A DNA stretch of 64,000 nucleotides from Leucoraja erinacea. Lineage: Eukaryota. The stretch covers positions 496,001 through 560,000 of the forward strand of contig NW_026576597.1 of assembly GCF_028641065.1 (NCBI RefSeq). Reading direction: 5' to 3'. The number at the start of each line of letters is the position of its first letter. Positions within the stretch are counted from its first letter, which is position 1. The notes beneath the pieces were generated by a model that was given only the letters and a program-made list of their open reading frames with translations, did no database searches and was not told the DNA's origin. Positions 1 to 13,400 of this stretch are shown here, piece by piece. The position numbers and the translations under genes were made by a program.

Positions 1-660
1 CCCCCCTCATTCTTCTAAACTCCAGCGAGTACAGGCCCAATGCCAACAAACGCTCATCATAGATTAACCTACTCCTTCCTGGGATCATTCTTGTAAACTT
101 CCTCTGGACCCTCTCCAGAGCCAGCCCATCCTTCCTTACATATGGTGCCCAAATTGCTCACATTATTCCAGATGCGGCCTCACCATCGCCTTAGAGAGCC
201 TCAGCGTTACATCCCTAGAAGACATGTGTTATTGACGAGGAGTTGCTGAAGGTACTATCGTGTTCGAAGGTAGACAAATCTCCAGGGCCTGATCAGATAT
301 ATCCGAGGACGTTGTGGAAAGCCCTGGTTCAAATTCACAAGGCGTCTTTAAATACAGGAGAGTTTCCGGAAGACTGAAAGGTGGCAAATGTGCCTCAATT
401 CAAGAAGGGCTGAAGGGAAAATGCTGTGAACTATAGGCCAGTGAGCTTAACGTCTGCAGAAAGTTATTAGAGAATATTCTGAGGGATAGGATATACATGC
501 ATTTAGTTGGACAAGGGCTGATTAGGGATAGTCAACATGGTTTTGTACGTGGGAGGTTGTATCTCACAAATCTAATTGAGTTATTTGAAGACGTAACCAA
601 AAAGGTTGATGAGGGCAGAGCTGTAGATGCTCTATATATGGACTTCAGCAAAGCAACCAT
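1..660. mobile_element. CR1 LINE fragments (minus 1-215, plus 216-660)
   Basis: Decayed RT motifs QHGF..GR..LTNLIE and YMDFSKA. Confidence 0.8.
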
Positions 661-1369
661 TTTAAGCATGATATTTCAGTTAGGACATTTTACACATTTT
701 ACACGGGCCTTGCAAGTATAACCTCAACCTTTCCTCTCCCTATCGCGGCTAGGCAATGGCTGGAGGCCCTGCAGCAGCCTGGGGCTCGCCTTGTTCGGGA
801 GCCACTCCAAAAGACTTAGTGTGCGGACCAAACTCTGGAAATGGAGCAAAATTTAGCAACTATCACCTAGACAACATGATTTAGGAAAGAGCAATTTTTA
901 TTCAGCAACAATAGAACAAACTGAGAGGTCTCCTCGATTGTCCAAGTAACAAACAAACTGTCAGACCCTCTGGTGAGGTGGGCCCATGTTCCAGCTGATA
1001 TCAGTGGTGATGAATGCAGCACACGCTATTAGGAGTTGTACAGCAGTCAGACAGGCCGTTTGGCCCATTGAGACAGTTTCCATCATCACATTTACACAAA
1101 TCTTATGTTGATCTATTTTTACTCTCCCCACATTCCATAAATCTCCCCCTTCTAGTGTTTGACGTCCACCCTGGGAGAAAAGTTCTGACTGTTTGTTTTA
1201 TGCATGCATCTCATCATTTTATATACTTCTATCAGGCCTCCCATCAGTATTCTGGAGAAAACCATGCAAGTTTTTTCAACCACTGCCTATTGCTAATAAC
1301 CCTGCACTCCAGGCAGCATTCTACTTATAACCCTGCACTCCAGGCAGCATTCTACTTGACAGAGAGCAA

Positions 1370-1590
1370 CTCCTGATGTTATTGGAGACAGGCATCAAGT
1401 GGTGCTGAAAGACCATCTGACGGTGAAAGACTCTCATTGGCCTGCTTGATACTTGGTTTCCCAGCACAGCAAGTAGTCCAGCAGGGAATGTTGCCAATTG
1501 GCCCATTCCAGACTGCAGGACTGCATGCTGATGGATGCACTGAAGCTTGGTGCAGACAACACCAAGGCTCTTGGGGAGGATCACAGTCTA
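1370..1590 (+). mobile_element. L1-Tx1-like LINE 3' fragment
   Basis: ECCQLAHSRLQD..L.DALKLG resembles the Tx1-group ORF2 C-terminus. Confidence 0.55.
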
Positions 1591-1603
1591 GAGCTTTGTT
1601 TAT

Positions 1604-3240
1604 TGTATAAGCACACGGACTCCCACGGCTATCTAGATGACAAGTCTTCCCACCCCGCTTCCTGTATTCGGCTACGCTACATCTGCACCCAGGATGAAGT
1701 GTACCATATCAGGATATTGCAGATGTCCTTATTCTTTAGGCAATGGGGGTTCCCCTCTCCAATCATAGTTGAGGCCCTCACTAGGGTCTCGATATCCCGC
1801 AGCTCTGCACTTGCTCCCCCTCTCCTTGGTCATCACAGGGACAGAGTCCACCTATTGCTCACCTTCCACCCCATCAGCACATGATCCGCCAACATTTTCC
1901 CCACCTCCAACGGGATCCCACCACCAGGCACATTTTCCCATCTCCGCTATCCGCAGAGATCGTTTCCACCACAATTCCTGATCGACTCATCCCTTCCCAC
2001 CCAAACCATCCCCTCCCCAGGTACTTTCCCCCGCAACCATAGGAGATGCAACACCTGTCCCTATACCTCCCCCTTTGACTCCATCCAAGGAGCCTGACAG
2101 TCTTTTCAGGTGAGGCAAAGGTTCACTTCCACCTCCTCCATCCTCATCTCCTGTATCCGCTGTTCCAGGCGTGGACTCCTATATATTGCAGAGACCAAGC
2201 GCAGGCTCGGCTATCGTTTCTCTGGCACCTCCTATCAGTCCGGCTAAACCTACCCGATCTCCTTGTTGCTAAATACTTTAACTTCCCCCTCCCATTCCCA
2301 CATGGACCTTTTTGTCCTGCACCTCCTCTTTATAATTCAACGTTAAATTTACTGTACGGAATCCTCCAGCACTAGTTTTTCACACAGGGTTGTACCATGT
2401 ATGGAACTGGTGACAATAAACCCCTTGAATCTTGAATCCATTGTCAGACTGGGGCCCAGAGCAAATTGGAGGAACAGCACCTCATATTTTGCTTGGGTAG
2501 CTTACACCCCAGTGGTATGAACATTGACTCCTCTAACTTCAAGCAACCCTTGCTTTCCCTCTCTCTCCATCCTTTCCCCAACCCAGTTCTCCAACAAGTC
2601 TTACTGTCTCCACCTACATATTATCTCTGGTTACACAAAAAAGCTGGAGAAACTCAGCGGGTGCAGCAGCATCTATGGAGCGAAGGAAATACGCTCCATA
2701 GATGCTGCTGCACCCGCTGAGTTTCTCCAGCTTTTTTGTGTAACCTTCGATTCTCCAGCATCTGCAGTTCCCTCTTAAATACATATTATCTCTATTTGCT
2801 TTGTTGTTACCTTCTCCCAGCTAACATAGAAACATTCAAAGTAGGTGCAGGAGTTGGCCATTAAGCCCTTCAAAGCCAACACCACCATTCAATATGATCA
2901 TGGCTGATCATCCAGAATCGGCACCCCGTTCCTACTTTTTCCTCATATCCCTTTATTCCATTAGCCCTAAGAGCTATATCTAACTCTCTCTTGTAATACA
3001 TCAAATAACAATGATCTATTCTTCATTTTTCTTGATCTCCATTCCCTTTGTCATATTTTCACAGCTGACAATTCCTTATCTATGTATCTCCCACTTCCCT
3101 GGCATCAGTCTGAAGAAGGGTCTCGATCCAAAACGTCACCCATTCCTTCTCTCCAGAGATGCTGCCAGTCCCACCGTGTTTCTCCAGCATTTTGTGTCTA
3201 TCTTCGGTTTAAATCAGCATCTGAAGTTCCTTCCTACATA
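1604..3240 (+). mobile_element. Penelope-like element (GIY-YIG) fragments with tail repeats
   Basis: YLD..SSHP.SC, LTFHP and C.RCGLLYI.ETKR motifs, plus the family tail. Interrupted by other fragments. Confidence 0.8.
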
Positions 3241-4519
3241 TTTGTTTATTAATTTGTTGTCACATATGCTGAGGTGCAGTGAAAAGCTTTTTTATTTTGT
3301 GCTGTCTAATCAAAGGAAATACTATACATGATTACAATCGACATATACATGATAAAGGAAATAGCGTTTAGTGCAACATAAAGTCCAGTAAAGTCCGAAT
3401 GAAGATCTCTGGTGAGATAGATGGGTCTCTGAGGTAGAAAGGTCTCTGATGCGGTAGACAGCGGCAGATAGCAGATATATGTAGAATGTATTGACTAATA
3501 TGGACTGTAAATGTTTGTATTGTGTTTCCTGTTTATATGTTTAATAATTAGATTTGAAATAAAATAAATGTGTGTGCAGACAGGCCAAACTCAATGATTT
3601 AGTCTCAAGGGGCTACAGATGCTGATTTCCAAATAAAGACACAATGTGCTGGAGTAATTCAGTGGGTCAGTCAGCATTTGTGGAGAACGTGGATAGGAGA
3701 TGTTTTTGGGACCGGACAATTCTTCAAGCTGATAGTAGGAGGGTGAAGACAACTGGAAGAGAGGTAGGGGCAGGACAAAGCTTGGCAATTGATAGTTGGT
3801 GCAGACAAAATATGTACGAAGGAAGTTCAGATGCTGGTCTACACTGAAGATAGACAAAAAATGCTGGAATAACTCAGCGGCTCAGTCATCTCTGGAGAAA
3901 AGGAACAGGTGACGTCTCGGCTTGTTTGTCTGCTGAATTACTTTTCTCCAGCGATGCTGTCTGACCCGCTGAGTTACCCTAGCATTTTGTGTCTGTCTGA
4001 TTGGTAGGTGAATACAGGTGAGGGTTATTTTGATTGTCAGGTGGTTGGACAAAGGCAAGAGACAAGAATACAAAAAGTCTGAGAAGAATATAAGGGTAGA
4101 AGAGGCATGAAATGTGAAGCCAGAGGAAAGAACAAAAGTGGGCCAAACTCAACAATATTAGACTGACATTGACCCACTTTAGCCGGCAACTGATGACGAC
4201 TCTCTGTTCCCTCGTCTCACTGGGTGAGGGTGGGAATAGGGCGGAGTCAATGTTGTGCAAATCAGTAGATTGTTTTGTTCGAACAAATACGGAACTGCAG
4301 ATGCCTGTTTACCAAAGAAAGATACACAGGGCTGGAGTAACGCAGTGGGTCAGGCTGCATCCGTGGAGAACGTGGACATGTGATGTTTCGGGTCGGGATC
4401 GTTCTCCAGACTGATTACGGGGGCGGGGGGGGGGGGGGGGGGGGGGGGGGGGAGGGGGAAGGAAGCTGGAGTTGAATTATTTTGTTAAACCAGTTTCTAA
4501 CAGGGTTGAACCTCATCCT

Positions 4520-4542
4520 GGGACTTTCCCGTTTTCACTTCC
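4520..4542. promoter_or_regulatory. Candidate upstream enhancer: NF-kB site plus ETS-IRF composite element
   Basis: GGGACTTTCC (4520-4529) lies 3 bp from TTTCACTTCC (4533-4542; reverse complement GGAAGTGAAA). Confidence 0.45.
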
Positions 4543-4725
4543 TTGCTTCTATTTAAAGGTTCTCTCACCAGCATAATGTATATTGCTGTTTGGGCCAATA
4601 GTACGCTTGGTTTGTGCACGGAAGGTGCCTTCATTTGATGCTTCCCAACCTTTAACCAGTAGACAGGGAGTAGCTAAAGACATGTCAGCTATTTCCCACA
4701 CCTCTTGTTCTCTCATCCCCACACC

Positions 4726-4943
4726 NNNNNNNNNNNNNNNNNNNNNNNNNNNNNNNNNNNNNNNNNNNNNNNNNNNNNNNNNNNNNNNNNNNNNNNNNNN
4801 NNNNNNNNNNNNNNNNNNNNNNNNNNNNNNNNNNNNNNNNNNNNNNNNNNNNNNNNNNNNNNNNNNNNNNNNNNNNNNNNNNNNNNNNNNNNNNNNNNNN
4901 NNNNNNNNNNNNNNNNNNNNNNNNNNNNNNNNNNNNNNNNNNN
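4726..4943. other. Assembly gap
   Basis: Run of N. Confidence 1.
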
Positions 4944-5242
4944 ACTCAGGATACTTCTCCTAGCCCATGCCTTCCATTCCGCCAGTCTCCACCTACACAC
5001 ATCATCCTTCACAATTTTCACCAGCTCCCACAAGATTCCTCCATCAGACACAACTTCCCATTTCCTCTGCCTTCGGAAATTCAATGGGATCATTCACCAC
5101 CACTCCCTGCTCCATCCTTCCATCCACTAACCACTCCGTGTTTTATAGCAGTTCCCATACAAATGCAGGGATCCTTTCACCTCTTCCCTCCCCACCGCCC
5201 AGATACCAGCAGTGATTGACTAGCACTTATCATTATGGAGAG

Positions 5243-5490
5243 ATACAGCACAGAAACAGGCCCTTCGGCCCACCAAGCCCACAATGACCTGTTTTCACAT
5301 TCAATTATTAACTAGGAGCAAGTTACAGTGTATAATTAACCCACATTATTGAGGATGTGGGAGGAAAGAAGAGCCACCAGAGGAACCCACACAGTCCCAG
5401 GGACAACGTGTAAACTCTCCACGGATATTTGAGGTCAGGATGGAACCAAGGTCGCCGGCTCTGGGCAGCATCTACTGGGCGGCACTATTG
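5243..5490 (-). mobile_element. HE1-like V-SINE (degenerate)
   Basis: Reverse complement of the V-domain core and CR1-like tail seen at 36608-36895. Confidence 0.6.
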
Positions 5491-6245
5491 GCCACATCTC
5501 ATTGAGTTATCTCATTATTCCAATCTAGCGAACTCCATTAATGTTCACAGTGTGGTCTATTCTATAGTGGACAAGACAAACAGATTGGTAAATGGCTTGG
5601 CAGAAAACCTGTGTTTAGTCCTTGGATTTTGAGCTCCGTGTTGCTTGTTGCTTCAATTCCCCACCCCACCCTGACCGTTCTGTCTGTGTGTGTCTACACT
5701 GTTACAGCCAGGCCCAACACACGCATCAATGCCTCATCTTCTGTCTGGGCAATTACAGACTTCTGGACTCAATATTGAATTCTTCCACTTGAGGTATCTC
5801 ATTCTTTACTTCTGTGATTCTGGCTGTGTGTTTCTCTCTCCATTAATGTTGACTGACATCAGGTCAGTAAAGTGTTCATGAGCCTGAGACCCGTGAGCTC
5901 CAGGTTCAAGAGCACCTTCTGCGTAACAATAATCAGGCTCTTGAACCACACTGCACAACACTGACCACAATTAACCATTCTTGACTCTCCTGAAACTGTT
6001 TATTTCTCTATAGATGCTGTCCGACCTGTTGAACAAACACATTGAACCTGGTTCTCGCTCACAACTCAGCGACTGGAGAGGGAAGTGAATCTAAACGCGT
6101 AAACTATTCAGTTCAACGCCAGTCAACAAATATCTTCTCCTCGAATCATCTCGACTGACAGCAGCGCCTCCTCTCGCCACAATCCTGCCTCCATGCGGCA
6201 AGTTCAAGGCTTGGTGAAATTTAGAGCAAGTTTGTGTGTAGTTCA

Positions 6246-6289
6246 CCTGGAAACTGCTGTCGCGTACGAATCCCAGCTGGTGATTGGCT
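6246..6289 (+). promoter_or_regulatory. MHC class II promoter X1/X2-Y module
   Basis: CCTGGAAACTGCTG (6246-6259) resembles mammalian X1 CCTAGCAACAGATG. GTGATTGGCT (6280-6289) is a Y box (inverted CCAAT). The spacer is 20 bp, the canonical X-Y distance, about 160 bp upstream of the ATG. No clear S box was found. Confidence 0.85.
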
Positions 6290-6451
6290 CACCGGCCCTC
6301 AGTCGCATGTCAGTTATAGACAGATCTATCAGAAAGTGAGTGAGATAGAAACTTGGCTTCAGAGAGAAACCGGCGCCACATTGAGCGGAGCTGGTGCTGG
6401 TGCTGGTGTTAGCGAGGAGACGTCGCGATTGTGGGACAAGGGAGATCGAAC

Positions 6452-6515
6452 ATGGGAGCTGTTTACTTGTCTATGTTAGCGATGGCTATAATATGCGGAG
6501 CCCGGGCTGGAGACT
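6452..6515 (+). CDS. DAA: MHC class II alpha chain, exon 1 (signal peptide MGAVYLSMLAMAIICGARAGD)
   Basis: Strong Kozak context aacATGG, hydrophobic leader, and GTAAGT donor at 6516. Phase 1 joins exon 2 in frame (T+AC=Tyr). Confidence 0.88.
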
Positions 6516-6730
6516 GTAAGTAATTCAATTGTAACATTTAACAGATATTGACGTCGGAACTCTCGGGATTAGCTGGTGTTATAATGAGTACACAAGAATA
6601 ATTCTGATCTCACTTGGGTCTATTGTAAATGCAGAAAGATACAACATATTGGAGAAACTCAGTCTGAAGAAGAGTCCCGGCCCGAAATGTCACCTGTTGA
6701 TGTTCTCCAGTGACCCTGTCTGATTCGCTA

Positions 6731-7116
6731 AACATAGAAACATAGAAATTAGGTGCAGGAGTAGGCCATTCGGCCTTCGAGCCTGCACCGCCATTTAATA
6801 TGATCATGGCTGATCATCCAACTCAGTATCCCGTACCTGCCTTTTCTCCATACCCTCTGATCCCCTTGGCCACAAGGGCCACATCTAACTCCCTCTTAAA
6901 TATAGCCAATGAACTGGCCTCAACTACCCTCTGTGGCAGAGAGTTCCAGAGATTCACCACTCTCTGTGTGAAAAAAGTTCTCCTCATCTCTGTTTTAAAG
7001 GATTTCCCCCTTATCCTTAAGCTGTGACCCCTTGTCCTGGACTTCCCCAACATCGGAAACAATCTTCCTGCATCTAGCCTGTCCAACCCCTTAAGAATTT
7101 TGTAAGTTTCTATAAG
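6731..7116 (-). mobile_element. CR1 LINE 3' end (young)
   Basis: ETYKILKG...TRGHSLR...FFTQRVVNLWNSLP followed by a (TTTCTATG)n tail. Confidence 0.92.
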
Positions 7117-7856
7117 AAACGATTCTATCATGTTGTGTTCTTTGGTGAACCAGCTTGTGCAGTTCCTTCATTCTCTATTATAACTGGGGTCTGTCTTGGT
7201 CTCAGGATCTCTTATTTTCACAACGCTGAAGTAACCCTCACCTCGCTGATGTCTCTCGGGGAGTACAGTCCGGGTCACACGATCCTCACGGTCTCTAGAA
7301 TCCCGAGCTCACTCTCTTTATATGGAAACGTTGCTGGTCTGAGTTTGTACTGGATTGATCCAGGGAATTTGAGACGTCTGTTCCGAGTGAAGGAACAGTC
7401 TGTGACCGGATGGGAGTGGGGACGGGGAGAAAGCCGGGGAGTGACGGGGAGGCAGCGAGGGTCGGTGAAGATCTCTTCCGCCCGATAAACCCTGGGAGTG
7501 GTGGGAGTGAATTGAAGAGGAGACTGTGGTGTGTGTGTGTGTGTGTGCGTGTCGGTTGGGGAGAGGTCGGGGTAGGGGGTTACATTGACTGCCAGAAACT
7601 GGCTGGCCGGTTTTTAGGGTGAATAGTAAGTAGGATGCAATGGATCTGAGGGTGATATTTTTCCACCCGGAGAGTCGTTGGCATCTCGCCCTGTCCCGGT
7701 CTAACATCTGCAAGTTATTGGTGACAGAGTTTATCTTCATGTGGAAAGGCAGGTTGAATAGGAATAGTCGTCATAGGTTTGATCATGGGAAATCCTGCCT
7801 CACTAGTTCGTATGAGCCCCATTGTTCAGCTCTTTGCTCCCCCTAGATATAGAATA

Positions 7857-8700
7857 CCTGAAGAAGGGTTTCGGCCCGAAACGTTGCCTATTTCCTTCGC
7901 TCCATAAATGCTGCTGCACCCGCTGAGTTTCTCCAGCACTTTTGTGTACCTTCGATTTTCCAGCATCTGCAGTTCTTTCTTAAACACAAATATAGAGTTC
8001 CCCGGGACCACGCCTTTCATGCCACTGGCTCCACATCCAACAAATCATTCTCCAACATTCCCACTGCCTTCAACATGATCCAATGCCCAGTCACATATTC
8101 CGATCGCCACCCATTTCTGCTTTCTACCGAGACCGCTCCCTCGGCAACTCCTTGGATCACTCATTCCTTCCCACCCACTCTCCAGGATAAGTCATCATCC
8201 CCATTTACCGCCGGATAAGGATCACTTAGCCCTCTAACTCCACCCAGGGTCCACAGCAGCCCTTCCAGTTGAGACAGAGGTTGACGAGCACCTCTTCAAA
8301 CCGCGTCTATTACAATCAGTGCTCCCGGTGTGACCTCCTTTGCTTCGGCAAAGCCGAGCATAGACCAGGCAACCATTTTGCTGAACACTTGCACTCGATC
8401 TGCCACGGCCGGCAGGAACTCCCAGTTGCTAACCATTTTGACTCCCATTCCCGAATCACCAATTTTCTTTTTATCCCTGTTTCTCTTCCCCCTAACCCCA
8501 TTCCACTCATATCCCGCCCTCTGGCTTTACATTTCACTCCTCTCCTCTGACATATGTTTTACTCCTTCATTCATATGGCAACCACCCCCTGCACCTGTAT
8601 CCACCGATCACTTTGACAGGTTTTGTCCTGCCCCACCCGTTTTTCAGCTTTCTCCCTCCACTACAATCAGTCTGAAGACTGGTTTTAGAATTGTTCAACA
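7857..8700 (+). mobile_element. Penelope-like element fragments
   Basis: Family tail with hammerhead core at ~7858-7885 and a decayed GIY-YIG region. Confidence 0.75.
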
Positions 8701-10434
8701 TTAGGATCATAGTTTAATATCTGTGTATATATTTTAAAGTCAATATTTATTCTGTTTAATATTTGGGTTGATCAGTTCAATGTTGCAGTTTATTCATGTT
8801 CAATATCAGTGTGTGTGTGTGTCTTTACTCCACACTGATCTCACTGTCCTACATTTCCTTCACCTTGGAGAAAATTGATGCAAAGTACTCATTTATTACC
8901 TCTCCTACATCCCCAGACTCCAAGCACAAATGCTGGAGTAACTCAGCGGGCCAGGCAATGGGTGACGTTTCGGGTCGAGACCCTTCCTCAGACTGATGTC
9001 AGGGGAGTGGGCGGGACAGATATATAATGTAGTCGGAGACAGTAAGACTGGTGGGAGAAATGAGAAGGGGAGGGGGGAAGTAAGGGCTATTTGAAGTTAG
9101 AGAAGTCAATGTTCTTACCACTGGGGGTGTAAGCTACTCAAGCAAAATATGAAATGCTGTTCCTCCAATTTGCGCTGGGCCTCACTCTGACAATGGAGGA
9201 TGCCCAGGACACCAGGAGTTTGTAGTTTGTAGTTTGCCTTTCTCCAGTTTACTACATTCCACAAGGTCCACCCCTCTCCCTATTCAAAACAATCTCAAAA
9301 CTTATGAATAGACACAAAATTCTTAGTAACTCGGCAGGTCAGGCAGTATCTTTGGTGAAAGTGTATAGATAATGTTTTGGGTTGGGCCTGAAACATCATT
9401 TATCCATTTTCTCCAGAGGTGCTGCCTGTCCCGCTGAGTTACTCCAGCACTTTGTGTCTAACCAGCATCTGCAGTTCCTTTGATTAAAACTGGCACTGGA
9501 GAGGCAACACACCACCCTTAAGTCCTGTTTATTGCCACTGAATCTCCTGTCCGTACCCCTAACTAACGAGTCTCCTATCATGATGGATCTGCCTGTTCCC
9601 TTCCCTGCCTCAGAGCCAGGCCTGACACTGCAGACCAGACCACAGCTGCTGCTCCCCCACACCAGTGGTGACGGGGAATGGCCATCTCTGCCTACTCCCT
9701 TACCTGGTGGTCACCCATCAGGTGAAACCCAGTTAAGGGATTCATTTTTTTTTACTATTCTGCGTTTAATATTGTGGAACTTGGGTTAACGAGGTACAAT
9801 CCCATGATGGCGGAACTGACATATTCACTAGAATTATAGAGGATGAGAGGATATCTTACAGAAACATATACAATTCTTAAGGGATTGCACAGGCTAGATA
9901 CAGGAAAATGTATCTGATGTTGGGGGAGTCCAGAAATGAGCTTTCAAGCTTATTTCTAGGAAAGGGAAGATGTCTGCAAATATTTTTTAAATTTTCACCT
10001 ATTTACATTTAAACGATGAACTAAATAATTGCAAACAGGTTGACTCTAAACTGTTGGGAGTTCTAACTGAAGTATATATTTAGAGAGTGATGATACTGGA
10101 AAACGTACAATGAATTTCACACCAAAACAGGACCTTCAGCCTTTTAATTTGTACCGTTGATGGTTTCAGAGGCAAAGCGCAGGTAGCGACGACATATGTA
10201 AATTTCAGAGATTTTACAGCAATGATATGTGGTGTACTGCATCAATAATGGGGAGAAGGCAGACACGGGTTACTGATTGGGGATGATCTGCCATGATCAC
10301 AATGAATGGTGGTGTTGGCTCGAAGAGCCGAATGGCCTCCTCCTGCACCTATTTTCTATGTTTCTAAAAAAAAAAACCAGGGGTCACCATTTAAGAATAA
10401 TGGGTAGGCCTACTCCTACACATATTTTCTATTT

Positions 10435-13400
10435 TTCTATCTCCTCCGCTTCCCTCCCCATCACCCCTTCCCTCCTCCATCTCCTCCCCCTCTCTCACCT
10501 CTCTGTGCTTCCTCTTCACCCCCATCTCCCTTTCACTCCTGTTCCCCGCTCCCTCTCTCCCCTCCCTCCCTCCTGCTTCCGTCCCATCTCTCTCCCTCCA
10601 CCACCCCCCCATCCCTCCCCATCACCCCCTTCCCCCCACTGTCCTCCCACTCCTCCCTACTGTCCCCCCTCCCATCATCTGCTTCCCCCCCCCTCCCTCT
10701 CCACACCTCGTTCCCTCTCCCTCTCCCCACCCCCCCCCCCTCCATCTCCATCTCCACCTCCGTCCCTCCCCGTCTTCCCCCTCTACTCCCCTCCCTCTCC
10801 CCTTCCCTCCCTCTGCCACCTTCCCCCACCCCCTTCCCTCCCTCCCCATCTGCTCCCCTCCCTCCCTCTGTCCTCATACACTCCCCACTCACCACCCTTC
10901 CTCTCTCCCTCCCCATCCATCCCTCCCACCCCCTCCCTCCTTTCCCCCCCCCTCCTTCTCTCATCCTCCCCACCCCACCTTCTCCCCCCCCCCCTCCCTT
11001 CCCCTCCCCCTCCTTCCTCCCCCCCCCCTCTCCTCCCCTCCCTCCATCTCCCCACCCTCTACCCCTCACTCTCCTCCATCTCTCTCACCCCCCCCTCCCT
11101 CTTCCCTCTCCCCCTCAATATCCACCCTCTCCAGCCCTCCATCTGTTTTCTCCTTCCTCCCCCATCCCCATCCCTCCCTCTCCAATCTCTTATGCCTACA
11201 TCTCCCTCCCACACTCCCTACCTCCATCTCCCCCTCTTGCCCTGCTCCATCCCAGTACCTCCCTATCCTCCCCTCCTCCTTCCTTCCCTTCTTCCACCTT
11301 CTTCCCTCTCCCTCCCTCACCACCCCTTCCTGCTCCACCCTTCCATCTACTCCCACCATGCCTCCCACACTCCCCCTCACTTCCTCTTTCCTCCCCCCCC
11401 TCCCTCCATTCCCCCCTCACCTCCCCCCCCCTCTCTCCATCCATTTTCCCCCCCCCTCCCTCCTCCACCACCTTCCTCCCTCCCCTCCTTTCCCTCCAGC
11501 CTCCCCCTCCCCCCCTTCCACCTTCACTCTCCCCTCCCTCCTCCCTCTCCCCTTCTTCTCCCCCCTCCCTCTCCCTCCGTTCCCCTCCCATTGCGAATGG
11601 TATGTTAGCTTTCATTGCAAAAGGATTTGAGTATAGGAGCAGAGAGGTTCTACTGCAGTTGTACAGGGTCTTGGTGAGACCACACCTGGAGTATTGCGTA
11701 CAGTTTTGGTCTCCAAATCTGAGGAAGGACATTATTGCCATAGAGGGAGTGCAGAGACGGTTCGCCAGACTGATTCCTGGGATGTCAGGACTGTCTTATG
11801 AAGAAAGACTGGATAGACTTTGTTTATACTCTCTAGAATTTAGGAGATTGAGAGGGGATCTTATAGAAACTTACAAAATTATTAAGGGGTTGGACAGGCT
11901 AGATGCAGGAAGATTGTTCAATATGTTAGGGAAGTCCAGGACAAGGGGTCACAGCTTAAGGATAAGGGGGAAATCCTTTAAAACCGAGACGAGAAGAACT
12001 TTTTTCACACAGAGAGTGGTGAATCTCTGGAACTCTCTGCCACAGAGGGTAGTTGAGGCCAGTTCATTGGCTATATTTAAGAGGGAGTTAGATGTGGCCC
12101 TTGTGGCTAAGGGGATCAGGGGGTATGGAGAGGAGGCAGGTACGGGATACTGAGTTGGATGATCAGCCATGATCATATTGAATGGCGGTGCAGGCTCGAA
12201 GGGCCGAATGGCCTACTCCTGCACATAATTTCTATGTTTCTATCATCTCCCCCCTGCCTCCCTCTCTCCCTCCTCATCCCTTCCCTCTTCCACCCCTGCC
12301 TCCCTCTTCCCTGCCCCCTTTCCCCCTCCCTCACTCCGCTCCTCTCTCGCCCTCCCTCCCTCTCCCACTCACACCGTTACTCACTCCCTCTATCCCCCCC
12401 CCTCCTATTCTGTCCTCTCCCCCTTTCCTCCCCCTTTTTCCCTTCCCCCCCTATTCACCTCCCTCTCTCACTACCCCTCCCCCCTACCCCTCTCTTCTCC
12501 CCTCCCTCTCCTCTCACTACAGCTCACTCTTTTCTCCTCCCACCCACCCCACTACCCTCCCTCCTCCCCAACACCCTTACCCCGCTCTCCCCCTCCCTCC
12601 CTCCTCCCCCAATCTCTCCCTCTTTTCTATCACTTCTTTTCGCCTCCCACACCCCCCTTTCCTTCTTCCTATCTCTTCCCTCCCCTTCCCCCTCTCTCTT
12701 CCCTCTCCCTCTCCCCTTCCATCCCCCTCCATTCCCTTTCTCCCCCTCCTACCCTCATTCCCTCCCCTCTATCTACCCCCTCCCCCCCTCCTCCTCCCTC
12801 TCCTTTTACCCTCCTCCCTCTCTCGTGCCTCTCTCCCCCCTGCCTCTCCCCACCAATCTCCCCTCCACCCCATCCCTCTCCCACCCCCTCCCCCCCCTCT
12901 CCCCTAGGCCTCCCAAACTCCCCCCTCTCCCTCTCCCCCCCCCCCTTTCTTCCACTCTCTCTCTCCCTCCCAATCTCCCCAACTTCCCTCCTCCCTATCC
13001 CCCCCCCTTCTTCCCTCTCCTTCCTCCCTCTCTCTCTACCCCACTCCCCTCCTTATTTGCTCCCACCCTTCCTTCCCCTCTCTTCCTCTCTCCTCCTCCC
13101 TCCTTCCCTTTCCTCTCTCCTTCCTTTCTACCCTCCTCTCTCCGTCTGTACACCTCCATTTCCTCCCACCAACTCCAACGCCTCCAACTTATTTCCCTCC
13201 ATCCTTCCTCCTCTTCCTCCCATTAGTCTCTTCTCTCCCTATCCCCCCTCTCCTACCCTCACCCCCTCCCACCCTCCTCTTCCTCTCTCCCTGTCCTCCT
13301 CCTCCCTCTCCTCCCTCTAGACCTTCCTCCCTCCCTCCTGCCTCCCTCTCTCCTCCCCCTCTCTCTTTCCCCCCTCCTTCTCCCTCTCCCCATCACGCCT

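Noticed and set aside
1297-1358. 31-bp perfect tandem duplication
   Set aside because: It is an ordinary local duplication at a junction of decayed LINEs.
4491-4505. Inverted X'-Y' distal module
   Set aside because: An X-like core is present, but there is no CCAAT at the required spacing.
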